DNA of 64,000 nucleotides from Octopus vulgaris (Eukaryota): NCBI GenBank assembly GCA_951406725.2, contig OX597815.1, positions 171,430,001 to 171,494,000 of the forward strand, read 5' to 3'. Shown piece by piece: positions 12,601 to 26,592 of this stretch (position 1 is its first letter; each line of letters starts with the position of its first letter). The notes under the pieces were generated by a model. It saw only the letters and a program-made list of their open reading frames with translations, ran no database searches and was not told where the DNA came from. The position numbers and the translations under genes were made by a program.

Positions 12601-12699
12601 TTCTTGCGAAAATAATCACTCTTGGAAATAGAATAAAAAATCCCCGATTAAATTTATTGTCTTCATACAGATGTTGATAATACAGAAACAATCTCAAAG

Positions 12700-12820
<121 letters not shown>

Positions 12821-13084
12821 TGTGTATGTGTGTGTGTATGTGTGTGTGCGTATGTGTGTGTGCGTGTGTGTAGTGTGTGGCGTGTGTGTGAACATATTTG
12901 TGCACAAACATGCATGCACATACATTCACAGACGAAGGCAGTACCGAATGTAATGCAAAAATGATATAAGATTTTTTTATTAACTGGTCTAGATCATTCA
13001 GATTGCATATCTTTATAGAATAGTACTTTCTCTATAGATGCTCTTCTTGTTTTACTTCACTGCAGGCAGTTCATGGGTTCCAAG

Positions 13085-13765
13085 AAGGAGCGACTTGCCG
13101 TTATTTATTTCTTGACAGAGTGGTCTTTCAGAATGTTCAAATTCACACAAGACTGCAGATTGCTTATGGAGATGACGCCATTAACAAGAGCAAAGAACAA
13201 AGATAGATGAAGGAATCTAAAGAAAAGAAAACACTCATTGAAAGTAAACCAAGAGAAACTATCAAATATGATCCCATGATACGAATCGCCAGCAGATGGA
13301 CGGATTGATTTGCGCAGACTGACGAGTCGTAATCTGTTGGCCTGCTGTACAACTGGGCTTTGATCACAATGCTTTTTTGAAGACAGAGGAAGATTTTGGG
13401 TATTTGAAAATGGGTAAAGTGGATACTTTAGCAGTTGATGCCTGATTTGAAGAAGAGACAGCGGAATCCTGCTCTGATTTTCTGGTAGCAATGAATATTC
13501 ATACATACATGCACTTTTTGTTTTTTTCAGCTGTGTCATCAGGAGATTAAACGTGAATATCTTTATGATCCGGAAACAAAATATATGGAATGATGTAATA
13601 CTAATACTTCTGTGACTAATACTCCCAACGATTAGCATAGAATTTCTTGGTGGGGTTTTTTGGGGTGTGTGGGGATGCTTGACAAGGGCGTCGTTCTTGA
13701 TTTTCTGGAACGTGTTTGCACCGTGAACAGCGAGCTGTACATCAAGTCACTCAAAAAGCTTACAC
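13085..13765 (+). mobile_element. Degraded mariner transposase remnant
   Basis: Broken frames give QIAYGDDAINKS, YDPETK and DKGVVLDFLERVCTVNSELYIKSLKKL. Confidence 0.65.
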
Positions 13766-13796
13766 GCACGCACACACACACACACACACACACACA

Positions 13797-13836
<40 letters not shown>

Positions 13837-15080
13837 TACATACAAACATACAGTTATTAATGCATACATGCGCAATACACACATATACATACATACATAC
13901 ATACATACATACATACATACATACATACATACATACACAAATAAAAAATTTCACACGAATGAAATTATAATAGGAATATAAAAGAAATTAACCGTTATCT
14001 TTAAGATAAAATTTGTTAATAAACAAAAGGAACGCTTATGTAACCACGATGAAATACTTTTTATCTTTTCCACCGCTTACGTTTAGTCATGGTTCTGTAA
14101 CTAGTAACGTTATTAAGATTTTCAAACTAGATTTTGCTAACAGTAACGGGGTAGTTACTAAACGAAATATTTTTATGTTCTATAAATAAAACTAAGAAAG
14201 TAATAGATAAGTGATATGAATATGAAATGATGAAAGACAATAAAAAGTTTTTATTAGATTTCTCTGTAATAACTGACCTTACTATTCAAACTCAGAGACT
14301 GAATATCATAGAAGAGAAGTAAAAAAGAGTAAAATCATAGACTTTACAATAACATATGATAGCAGAGTGGATATCAACGAAATTGAAGAAATGAGAAATA
14401 TAGAGACTTAACCAGAGAGATGAAGAGTTTGAGGAACACAAAATTAACAATAGTTCCTCTAGTGGTTGATGCGCTTGACTCAATACTCTATCTGCTGTCT
14501 AAGAAATTGGAAATTGCGATACGTAATTCCACCAGCAGAAAAACGTACCCTGTATTCAACAAGAATCCTAAGAAACATTCTTGATATTCAAAGAGACTTG
14601 TTGTTACCAATCTTCAAGACAACATCCCCGCTGAATAATACAGCATGCAATAGTTATAGAAGAAGAAGAAGAAGAAGAAGAAGAAGAAGAAGAAGAAGAA
14701 GAAGAAGAAGAAGAAGAAGAAGAAGAAGAAGAAGAAGAAGAAGAAGAAAGGGTGGGAGAGGTTTCATCAGCTGTCATGACTGTACCGAAGCTGAAGAAAA
14801 CAGCTAGGGGTAGTATATAAAAAATGCCGTAGAAATACTGTTGAAACATACGAAGAAGGCTGGCATCATCAAAACTGAAAATTGTATAACTAAAGAAAAA
14901 TTTAAACAAGAAATGAACAAAAAAAGAAAAAGCATGGAAGGAAAAGAAAATGTATGGTTAGTTTGCAAGTGGTATAAACACCAAGACAGATACAGAGGAC
15001 AGAAGGCTATGGATAAATAGGAGTGACTTGAAGATAAAGACAGAAGCACTCATATGCGCAGCTCAGGAACAAGCGTTAAA

Positions 15081-15214
15081 ACAATTCAAACTTTGTACGA
15101 GTCCATACCTCGTAGAATTCCAGCTATAATTACTGCCAAAGGCGGTCTTACACCATATTAAAATTAATTTGTTTGAAATTTTAAGGTGCTTCCATTCTTT
15201 TGTTCAACCCCTGT
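15081..15214 (+). mobile_element. Terminal fragment of the same Tc1 family
   Basis: Reverse-complement match to 9892-10022, ending in ttcaacccctg-TA. Confidence 0.8.
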
Positions 15215-15324
15215 ATATCTGTAAAGGAATCTGACAAATTAAGTAAATAAAAGGAAGTAGAAATAAAATACAAAAGATGTTGCCTCTTAAAGCGAAAATT
15301 GTTCCTGTTAGTGTAGGTGCCCTT

Positions 15325-15546
15325 GGCAGAAACGTTAGTACGCCGGGCGAAATGCGTAGCCGTATTTCGTCTGACGTTATGTTCTTGAGTTCAAATTCCG
15401 CCGAGGTCGACTTTGCCTTTCATCCTTTCGGGGTCGATAAATTAAGTACCAGTTACGCACTGGGGTCGATGTAATCGACTTAATACTTACGTCTGTCCTT
15501 GTTTGTCCCCTCTATGTTTGGCCCCTTGTGGGCAATACAGAAATAG
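15325..15546 (+). mobile_element. SINE A inserted into an R4-like LINE 3' end
   Basis: Homology to 218-448; interrupts the VGALG/IVKRG reading frame. Confidence 0.85.
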
Positions 15547-15819
15547 GTATTGTAAAAAGGGGTATGTCAGAAACATCTAGATAATATCTCAAGTGAACAA
15601 TATCTCAGAGAAATCCAAAAGATTGTGCTGAAAAGTACTATCCACATCCTTAGAACAGTTTAAATGTTTTTAAATAACATGAAGATATTTTGCTACTACT
15701 CCTACCACTTCCTCTCCCCAAGCTTTCAGTCATACTATAACATCTCTTATCCTTCACTCGCCCCGGGACGCTGGGTGTGTCTCGGCGAGTGATTGTAACA
15801 AACATGCAGATTAAAAGTA

Positions 15820-15879
<60 letters not shown>

Positions 15880-16425
15880 CGTGTCTTTATTGGCTACAAG
15901 GGCCGAACATCAAACAGTGATACAATACTAAGGATGATACAATACAAGGGACAAGTGGGGTGTTGAACAATGTCGTGTATACAATAAGTAACAAAAACAA
16001 TTAACAAGACAATTAAACAATAATAATAATTCCCAACAAAAGGAAAGTTCCTCACAGGGACAACCGAGGAACTCCACACATTCTGGTTATCCCAACCGCC
16101 AGATGCACCTCAGTAGGTTCTTCTCTCCTTCTCAACTCCTCCGGTTTACAAGCGAATGTTCAGAGTAGGCCCATTTACATGGGCCATCCTCGCCACATTC
16201 ACCCACTTTTCAACAAATTTACTGGGGGCAGAACTTCCCTCTCTACAAAAAAGTCGACGAGGGCTTGGCCGAAGAGGAAAGTATATGTCTTCATTCCTTT
16301 CAATCTCGTCTACCAAACTACCTCCTTCGTCATAGCCACCAGACAGAAAAGGAGGCGGGGCGATCTTCACAATGGACTCGGTTGGTAACCAGATCCGTCC
16401 TACACACGACAACAGCTGTTCGACA

Positions 16426-16428
<3 letters not shown>
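15880..16428 (-). mobile_element. L1/Tx1-like LINE 3' fragment
   Basis: Broken frames LVAMTKEVVW*TRLKG and SKFVEKWVNVARM, typical of Tx1-clade ORF2 ends; ends in the (TTA)n tract. Confidence 0.55.
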
Positions 16429-16464
<36 letters not shown>

Positions 16465-16523
16465 TAATAATAATAATAATAATAACAATAACAACAACAA
16501 CAACATCAAAAACAATAATAATG

Positions 16524-16586
<63 letters not shown>

Positions 16587-16665
16587 GCAATAATAATAGT
16601 AATAATAATAGTAATAATAATAATAATAAAAATAATAATTATAATAATAGCAATAATAACAATAA

Positions 16666-16739
<74 letters not shown>

Positions 16740-17412
16740 ATAATAATAATAAAACCGATATCAACACATACATGCTACGTATTTTAATGCCGTTATTTTA
16801 CAACACTACAAAATGTCTAAAATCAACTAAATCTGATAAACAAATAAATAAATAAATAAACTAGAATATACAATTTATTACACTGTCTGAAATCAGTGGA
16901 AAGTAAAAGCTGGTCATTTGAGAAAATATTATAAGCATAACTGTATGCGGCTCTATTATAGCTATATGAAAGCAAGATAACATTAAAGTGTAAAGCATAT
17001 CTAGAAACAAGCAGCAGCACCTTCTAGCACTCACAAGCCAAAGACCTTTAAAAATTATCCATTGGCTTTGACAATAGCTTCTGGAAAAGGATTTTCAAAG
17101 AACCCTTATCGATATCAATAACAAATCTCTGAACGAGATATAAACAGTAACTGCACGACAATGTGAGGTATACTTGCCATCTCAATATGGCTAACCACTA
17201 AGGGTGGGTGTTACTGTAGCTTGTAGCCCCAGGAGAACATCGTCTCCAGCTGGCTTTAGGCACACTAAGCCTAAATTGTATATTCTAGTTTATTTATTTA
17301 TTTATTTGTTTATCAGATTTAGTTGATTTTAGACATTTTGTAGTGTTGTAAAATAACGGCATTAAAATACGTAGCATGTATGTGTTGATATCGGTTTTAT
17401 TATTATTATTAT

Positions 17413-17459
<47 letters not shown>

Positions 17460-17517
17460 TTATTATTGTTATTATTGCTATTATTATAATTATTATTTTT
17501 ATTATTATTATTATTAC

Positions 17518-17565
<48 letters not shown>

Positions 17566-17621
17566 CATTATTATTGTTTTTGATGTTGTTGTTGTTGTTA
17601 TTGTTATTATTATTATTATTA

Positions 17622-17660
<39 letters not shown>

Positions 17661-17757
17661 TGTCGAATTATTATATTGGGGCTACAAGCTACAGTAACAC
17701 CCGCCCTTAGTGGTTAGCCATATTGAGATGGCAAGTATACCTCACCTTATCGATATC
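16419..17757. repeat. Interleaved inverted duplications: A 16419-16877 / A' 17272-17667 and B 17163-17230 / B' 17678-17745
   Basis: Near-exact reverse complements; 13-bp direct repeat ccttatcgatatc at 17104-17116 and 17745-17757. Confidence 0.9.
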
Positions 17758-18032
17758 CATATCTGTAAAACTGACGCTCATGGCTTCGCTAAAACTACGT
17801 AATGCAAATGTAGATGTTATATCAACTGCCATGTACAGTGATCTCAAGCGCCCAAATGCATTGCACAAATTGTTGGTGCTATCAAGGAATTCCTGCAGAT
17901 GTCGAAACTTCAGTGCGTGCTTATTCTTCACCAAAACTCTGTTGCAATGAGGGCTGGCAATAGTAAACTTACTCCTTTCACATAAAAGATATTCATCAGA
18001 AAAGGTATGACTATCGAGCAATAGTGCATCGA

Positions 18033-18349
18033 TATTTTATTTTATTATGCACCCTTTTCAAGCCTAGCCAGGCTCATGGGCTCGGTTTCCCAGTTTCTGT
18101 GGCGTATTTGTTTCCTCCAGCTGGACGGGACGCCAGTCCATCGTAGCATTACTCAAGAAACAGGAAGAAAGAGTAGAGAAAGTTAGGGCGAAAGAGTACA
18201 ACTGGGGTTGCTACCACCACCTGCCGGAGCCTCGTGGAGCTTTAGGTGTTTTCGCTCAATAAACACACACAACGCCCAGTCTGGGAATCGAAACCACGAT
18301 CCTCCGACCGCGAGTCCGCGGCCCTAACCACTGGGCCATTGCGCCTCCA
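18033..18349 (-). mobile_element. SINE C copy; a more diverged relative lies at ~47905-48140 (-)
   Basis: Reverse-complement homology to 27504-27810. Confidence 0.82.
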
Positions 18350-19109
18350 GTACATCGATATAATACAATGCAAATTGACCAATCAGAGACAGCATATGTT
18401 TTTTTCATCTTGTTCCATTTCTGCATAAAACAGGCGAAACTATTTGTCGTATCGTTCTAATTTCTAACTACTTAGAAGTTCAAATGAGGAGTGACTCTGC
18501 ATATTCAGAGACCACCTACCTGTGTCTCAGTCCCAGTAGCATGGCCTTCACTACACCCGCCACTGATAGCTAACGCTCGAAAGTTCAAACGTACAAGAAC
18601 AGTGCGTGCCGGAGAACTTTTAAAAAACTTAGCGTAATACCAAACAGTTCAAAGATTGCTACTTACCATAACTACCAACTAGATGTCACTGTGTAAGACT
18701 ATGTTTGAGCCTCTAAATTCTGTAACATAATTAGTTGCACTGGAGACAGCTGGTAGGAGACGATGATTAACGCTTTTGTCTATTTAAATTTTATTAAAGC
18801 CCCCAACGAACCGGATTTACATCCTACTTGCAATGGAGTACAATATGCGGCGGAGCTTGTTCTGCATAGATTGATTTTAATTGTACAATTTCTTATTAAT
18901 CTTTTTTGTTAGTATTTTATTTTTTTTGTTAGCTTTTCAACTAACACTCCGTCCTAAATTCTTAATTCTACATTTAGCAGTCATGAGCCAAAACATATTC
19001 ATTATTTCTCACCCATTTGGTGAGATATAATTGATATGTTTAAGCACATAAGTAGGGCGACGGTAATATGGCTCATACAATTACGATTGCAACATAGTAT
19101 ATAATTTAA

Positions 19110-19370
19110 GGCGGCGAGCAGGCAAAAATGCTTAATGGTATTTCATCTATCATTACGTTCTGATTTCAAATTTCGCCGAGATCGACTTTACCTTTCATCC
19201 TTTAGGGGTCGATAAATTAAGTACCAGTTGCGTACTGGGTCGATCTACTGCTCGACCAGCTCCCTTCCCAACAATTTCGGGCTTTGTGATTAGAGTAATG
19301 GGATCGATCTAGTCGACTGCTCCCCTCACCAAAAATTCCGGGCCTTATGCCTAGAGCAGAAAAGAATATC
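19110..19370 (+). mobile_element. SINE A variant with the alternative tail
   Basis: Same head and body; tail ...cccaacaatttcgggctttgtg. Confidence 0.8.
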
Positions 19371-19826
19371 GTATGTAATTTGAGACACAAGCCAACAAGG
19401 AGAGGTGCAAATAAGGTCATCGTATGCTTGAATAAAATGTAAATAGGCCATCTATTTCTGGCGATATACATTCTCGCACATACGTTTAACTCCAAAACTT
19501 TTACATCACTCGTTCTCTTGAGACGAGATGAGCGTCAAAGCATCTTTGTTATTGCTGTGTTTATGGCTGATTAAATGAATACCTGACATTGGATTCATTA
19601 TCATTCTTTTCTTTCAAGTCTTTCATCAACATTTGAAATTCTAAGACTACTTTTCTAACCACCACATCAGTCCAACTAACCACACATACACACACAAACA
19701 CATAGTTTGGTTACTGTCATATATATTAATTATATACTTATTAAAGCTGCAAAATTATCACTGAACTATTACTCATTTTCACGTCCCCGTTCGTCGGACA
19801 GCTGTGATGAATACTTATATGCTCAC

Positions 19827-19861
<35 letters not shown>

Positions 19862-20009
19862 CGTTTGAAGTACTCAATTACATAGAAGAGAATAAAATAG
19901 TTTTTGTCAATTTATGACTCGTAGCTTGCACATGAAGATCCCATGCACCAATGTTTCACCAACTCTCGTATATGTATATATATATATATATATGGGGGGG
20001 GGGGTTACA

Positions 20010-21330
<1,321 letters not shown>

Positions 21331-21380
21331 GGGGATATATACACACACTACTATTGCTATATATATACTACTGTTGTTTT

Positions 21381-21440
<60 letters not shown>

Positions 21441-21441
21441 G

Positions 21442-21480
<39 letters not shown>

Positions 21481-22004
21481 GTAGGTAGGTAGGTAGATAG
21501 ATGATATTTTAGCAGCCGTATCTGCTACTGCGGGTGCATTTGCTGTCATTCACGGCACAAGTTTCTCTGTACTTAAAATAGTGTCAATGAACTACTTTAT
21601 ATATTTATTTATGTGCTTGTTTATTTGTTTTTGAGAAAACCCGAAGTAACTTAATCTTCTTCACTATTCCTTCATGATCTTTTGTCGCAACAACTCCACC
21701 TGTGAAGATCACTGAGGGTGCAACTCTCTTTCATTTTATTCGACACAAAATTTCACCTTTCGTGATTTCAAATTATGTTTATGCGGATTTTATCTTTACG
21801 ATTTGCACTGAGTTCTTATCTTACCGATCCCATAACGATGATAATTACCCTCAGCAGAATGTAAAATCAGAAGTTAAGGACCCAAAATTATTAAGCATTG
21901 GGTATATTTTCCGTGCTCTACGGATTCTAAAGAGAGACATTGCTGTTGTACATCTAGTAAAAACAAATAGATAGTAAAATTAAAACTAAAGTAACATCTG
22001 TTTC

Positions 22005-24357
22005 TAATTTTGGCACAAACCAGCAATTTCGGGGGTGGAACCAAGTTGATTATTTCGATCCCAGTAATCAATTGCTACTCATTTTATTGACCCCGAAGGG
22101 GATGAAAGGCAAAGCCGTTCTCGGCCGAATTTGATAAAACTAAAATAATATTGCGTTCAAATTTTGGCACAAGACCAGCAACTTCGAGGGAGCGGGTAAG
22201 TCGATTACATCTGCTCCAGTATTTAATTGGTACTTATTTCATCGATCCTGAAAGGATGAAGGCAAAATCGACCGCCGTTGCATTTGAACTCAGCACGTAA
22301 ACATGAACGAAATGCCGCTAAGCCCGGCACTAAAACTAGAGTAAAATCAAAATTTATCACAGGCGAAGGCATACTTTTCGGTCACGTAGTGCCGGGTTCA
22401 GTCCCAGCATGCTATACTTGGGGCAAGTATCTTCTGCAATAACCCCAGGCCAAGCAATGTCTTGAGAGTGAATTTGGTGAACAGAGGTTATACGGAGCTC
22501 GTTATGTGTGTGTGTGTGTGTGTCTGTCTGTCTGTCTGTGGGTGTGGGTGTGTATGGCTGTGGGGATGTCCTTGTGTTTGTATCCCCCACCCTAATGTTT
22601 GATAACGGGTATTGATTTATTTACATCACTGTAACTTAGCTATTCGGCAAAAGATTAAGATAAAAAAAGCACCAGCTTTGAAAAATAAGTCTTATGAATC
22701 AATTTTTTCAACTATATCTATCAAAGTGGTGCCCCACCATTGTTGAAATGAAAGACATTATAAAACGTATATCCGCATAGGCCAAATCACTGCATAATTG
22801 ATACATATTTTATCAGCCCCCGAAATGATTAAAGACAGTTTTTGAACACAGAACATAAAGAGCCGCAAGAAATACTACAAAATATATTGCCACATGCACT
22901 TACGCTCCTGCCAACTCGCTGTCATATTTATAACTGTAATTATTTTTATTAGTGGCACAACGCCCGAAATTTTGCGGGAGGAAATTAGTCGATTTACATT
23001 TTGCCCTTGCACGTAAATGTGGAATATGACTTCAGAACGTAAAGCACCGAAAGAAATGTCGCTAAGAATATTGTCCGATGCAGTAACGATTCATCGAGCA
23101 CACTTTCGTGTCTATTACAATACTAATTATACATATTGGTTTCCAATTTTGGCACAAGACCAGCAGTTTCGGGTACCGGAGTAAGTCGATTACATCGACC
23201 CCAATGTGCAACTGGTAGTTATTTTATCGACCCCGAAAGGATGAAAGGCAAAATCGACCTTGGCGGAATTTGAACTCGGAATGTAAAACCGGACGAAATA
23301 CGCACTTCTGTTTCTTTACAACCCACAAGGGGCTAAAGACAGAGAGGACAAACAAGGACAGACAAACGGATTAAGTCGATAATACGACCCCAGTGCGTAA
23401 CTGATAGTTATTTTATCGACCCCGAAAGGATGAAAGTCGACCTTGCAGGAATTAGAACTCAGAACGTAAAGCCGGACGAAATACCGCTAAACATTTTGTC
23501 CGGTGTACGAGCGAGTCTGTCAGTTCGTCACCTTATCTTAATGATAATCAGTGCTCCCTCGACTACCGCGGGTGTTACGTTCTAAAAAAAACCCGCGAAA
23601 GGTGAAAATCCGCGAAGCAGAAACAGTACTGTATATTTTGTTTTTTTATTATTATTTGTATATATTTATTTTATTGTAAGTGCAAAGGAATGTATTGTAT
23701 TGTAAATGCAAATGGAGGAATCGACGTAAGCTTAAATAATAAATCCCGATATGGTGAGGGATTACTGCATGTTGGTTTCAACTTTTGGCACAAGGCCAGC
23801 AATTTAGGGAGACAGGGTAAGTCGATTACATCGACCCCAGTGCTCAACTGGTACTTATTCTATCGACCCCGAAAGGATGAAAATCAAAGTCGACCTCGTC
23901 GGAAATTGAACTTAAAACGTAAATACGGACTATATACCTATTTCTATTTCTTTACTACCCACAAGGGGCTAAACACAGAGAGGACAAACAAGGACAGACA
24001 AACGGATTAAGCCGATTATATCGACCCCAGTGCGTAACTGGTACTTAATTTATCGACCCCGAAAGGATGAAAGTCAAAGTCAATCTCGGCAGAATTTGAA
24101 CTCAGAATGTAACGGCAGACGAAATACCTATTTCTTTATTACCCACAAGGGGCTAAACACAGAAGGGACAAACAAGGACAGACATAGGTATTAAGTCGAT
24201 TACATCGACCCCAGTGCGTAACTGGTACTTAATTTATCGACCCCGAAAGGATGAAAGGCAAAGTCGACCTCGGCGGAATTTGAACTCACAACGTAACGGC
24301 AGACGAAATACCGCTTAGCATTTCACCCGGCATGCTAACGATTCTACCATCTCCCCG
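22005..24357 (-). mobile_element. Cluster of several SINE A copies and tandem units, interleaved with a SINE B (+, ~22365-22750) and a MITE
   Basis: Repeated atcgaccccgaaaggatgaaaggcaaagtcgacc cores near 22090, 22245, 23230, 23418, 23865, 24055 and 24238. Confidence 0.85.
23549..23767. mobile_element. Tigger-like MITE; an isolated right end also occurs at ~34717-34743
   Basis: cagtgctccctcgactaccgcggg ... cccgatatggtgagggattactg imperfect TIRs. Confidence 0.65.
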
Positions 24358-24742
24358 TTCCCTAATGATACATATTACGAAGCAAATTATTCCTTATTTT
24401 TTAAATGAATGATGAACAGAAATTACTCACCTAAACACTATTGAATTTTTCACTTCTTCACGGGGAAATAATACTAACTTGCCTGTAGATTGTTCCAGAA
24501 TAGGTTTTCGCTCTTCTTGACTTTGTCGCGGCCTGAAAATACAATATTATTTAGCTTTCTTCCTACATATAAATAATTTTCTTGTTAACAATGTGACAGC
24601 TGTTTACTGAGTGATTGGAACTGCAATATCTTACAAGCCTTCATAAAATTTGTTACGTCAGCTATGCTCATGTATGTATGTGTGCGTGTATATGAATGCA
24701 TTTACAAGCACCTGTGTATGTGAACGTGTATATGTATGTATG

Positions 24743-24807
<65 letters not shown>

Positions 24808-25030
24808 GTATATATGTATATATATATGTATGTATGTGTATATGTATATATATATATATATATGAATCTGCGTGCGTGTGTGTGTGTCTGACTATTTTAG
24901 TGCGTATATATTCATCTATCTACATGCCCGAAACACATGCATTTATATATATATATATATATACTCTCACACACACACACACACAGATACACGTGCGTAG
25001 ACAGACAGACAGACAGATAGATAGATAGAT

Positions 25031-25129
<99 letters not shown>

Positions 25130-25566
25130 AGAATGGATGGTCTACTAATACATATATTAAAATGTTTACTGATAGTTGTATCACTGATTTATTTTTACTG
25201 GCTTCAGTAATTGCATATCTTGGTTATCCGTTACGACAAATTGAGTTTTGTGTCATTAAAACACCAACAAAGCGAAAACCTGTTCTTATACATTTGCTAG
25301 GACACACTTAATCAATCACTTCGTAAACACTTTTCTTTGAATTTGAGTTCTTTTTTATTATGCTAACCTGCTGTTCTCTTAAAGGTACGGGATATCACTA
25401 TCGAATTTTTTAATTAGTGTCGGTTATATATGCAGAAGAAAACATATTACGACCAATTAAATTGACTTGCGTACAATAAAACGTCTTAAGGTGCATGATC
25501 GTTTCTGAAAAAAGAATTTAAAAAAACCTTTATTCAATAAATGGTAGAAAGAAATAATAAATTTAA

Positions 25567-25786
25567 AGGCGGCGAGCTGGCAGAATCGTTAGCACGCCGG
25601 CCGGAATACTTAGCAGTATTCCGGCTGCCGTTACGTTCTGAGTTTGCCTTTCATCCTTTCGGGGTCGATAAATTAAGTACCAGTTACGCACTGGGGTCGA
25701 TGTAATCGACTTAATCCGTTTGTCTGTCCTTGTTTGTCCCCCACCCCTGTGTTTAGCCCCTTGTGGGTAGTAAAGAAATAGATAGA
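25567..25786 (+). mobile_element. SINE A with a 20-bp TSD, followed by an older copy (~25828-26050)
   Basis: tagaaagaaataataaattt duplicated at 25545-25564 and 25787-25806. Confidence 0.9.
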
Positions 25787-26195
25787 TAGAAAGAAATAAT
25801 AAATTTGTAATATTATCTAGAAAGATAAGGTGACGATTTGGCAGAATCATTAGCGCACGCCGGACAAAATGCTAAGCAACATTTCATGTCACTTTACCTG
25901 CTAAGTTCAAATTCCGCCGGAATTGACTTTACCTTTCAATTTTTCGGGATCGATAAAATAAGTATCAGTTGAATACTAGGGTCGAGTCGATGTAATCGAC
26001 TTATCCCTCCTCCCAAAATTGCTGGCCTTGTACCAAAACTTGACACCAATATTATCTAGAACGATGGGGCAAACTCGAATTAAGTTCCGGAGAAGAGCAT
26101 CAGATCTATCTTACGAGTAGTTTTCCTTGTCTCACTTTTCGTTCTTCCACCGCTGGGAACCAATTTAATACGTTTGTACTACTTCGTATACTATA

Positions 26196-26592
26196 CTAGC
26201 AGTATCGCCCGGCGTTGCTCGGGTTTGTAAGGGAAATAACTATATAAGCATTTTTAGAGATGTAAAGTATAATAGCCATCTCAATATGGCTAACCACAAA
26301 GGGGGGTGTTACTGTAGCTTTTTACGTTCTGAGATTTAATAATACATTTTTAGAGAGTTACTTCCCTTATATAATAGCAAAAAAAAAATGCATTAAAAAT
26401 GGGAAAAAATTATGGTAAATTTTTTTTAAATTGTAGACTCATCGTAGACGCGCGCTAATACCCAGAAGGGTTTCATATGAATCACGACTATAAGATACCC
26501 GCTTTTGGTTACACTGCACCGCAAAATGTGGGAGTAGTTAGGAATCTAAATCGTAGGAGACAGACACACAACTTCATTTTTATATATAAAGA
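26196..26592 (-). mobile_element. Non-autonomous Helitron with family-D termini but a different interior
   Basis: Same 3' hairpin plus CTAG and a tctttatatataaa 5' end; A|T site. Confidence 0.8.

Larger units (their letters stand above)
14380..15820 (+). mobile_element. R4/Dong-like (restriction-like endonuclease) LINE 3' fragments with a (TAA)n tail
   Basis: WKEKKMYG*F...DLKIKTEALICAAQEQAL and KIVPVSVGALG peptides; interrupted by a Tc1 end and SINE A. Confidence 0.75.

Noticed and set aside
12535-12620. Alternative frame VIIFARNGIDLLVPGFTEFNRHGYVKQT, which would join in phase to the 24431 exon
   Set aside because: It ends in phase 1, incompatible with astacin exon 2; the signal-peptide frame fits.
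16265-16855. Long low-complexity ORFs (poly-N/S, poly-I/V, and HT, YI, CV repeats throughout the track)
   Set aside because: Translations of microsatellites.
17746-18021. 104-aa minus ORF with faint hAT-transposase-like character, continuing into 16880-17116
   Set aside because: Too degenerate to assign without a profile search.
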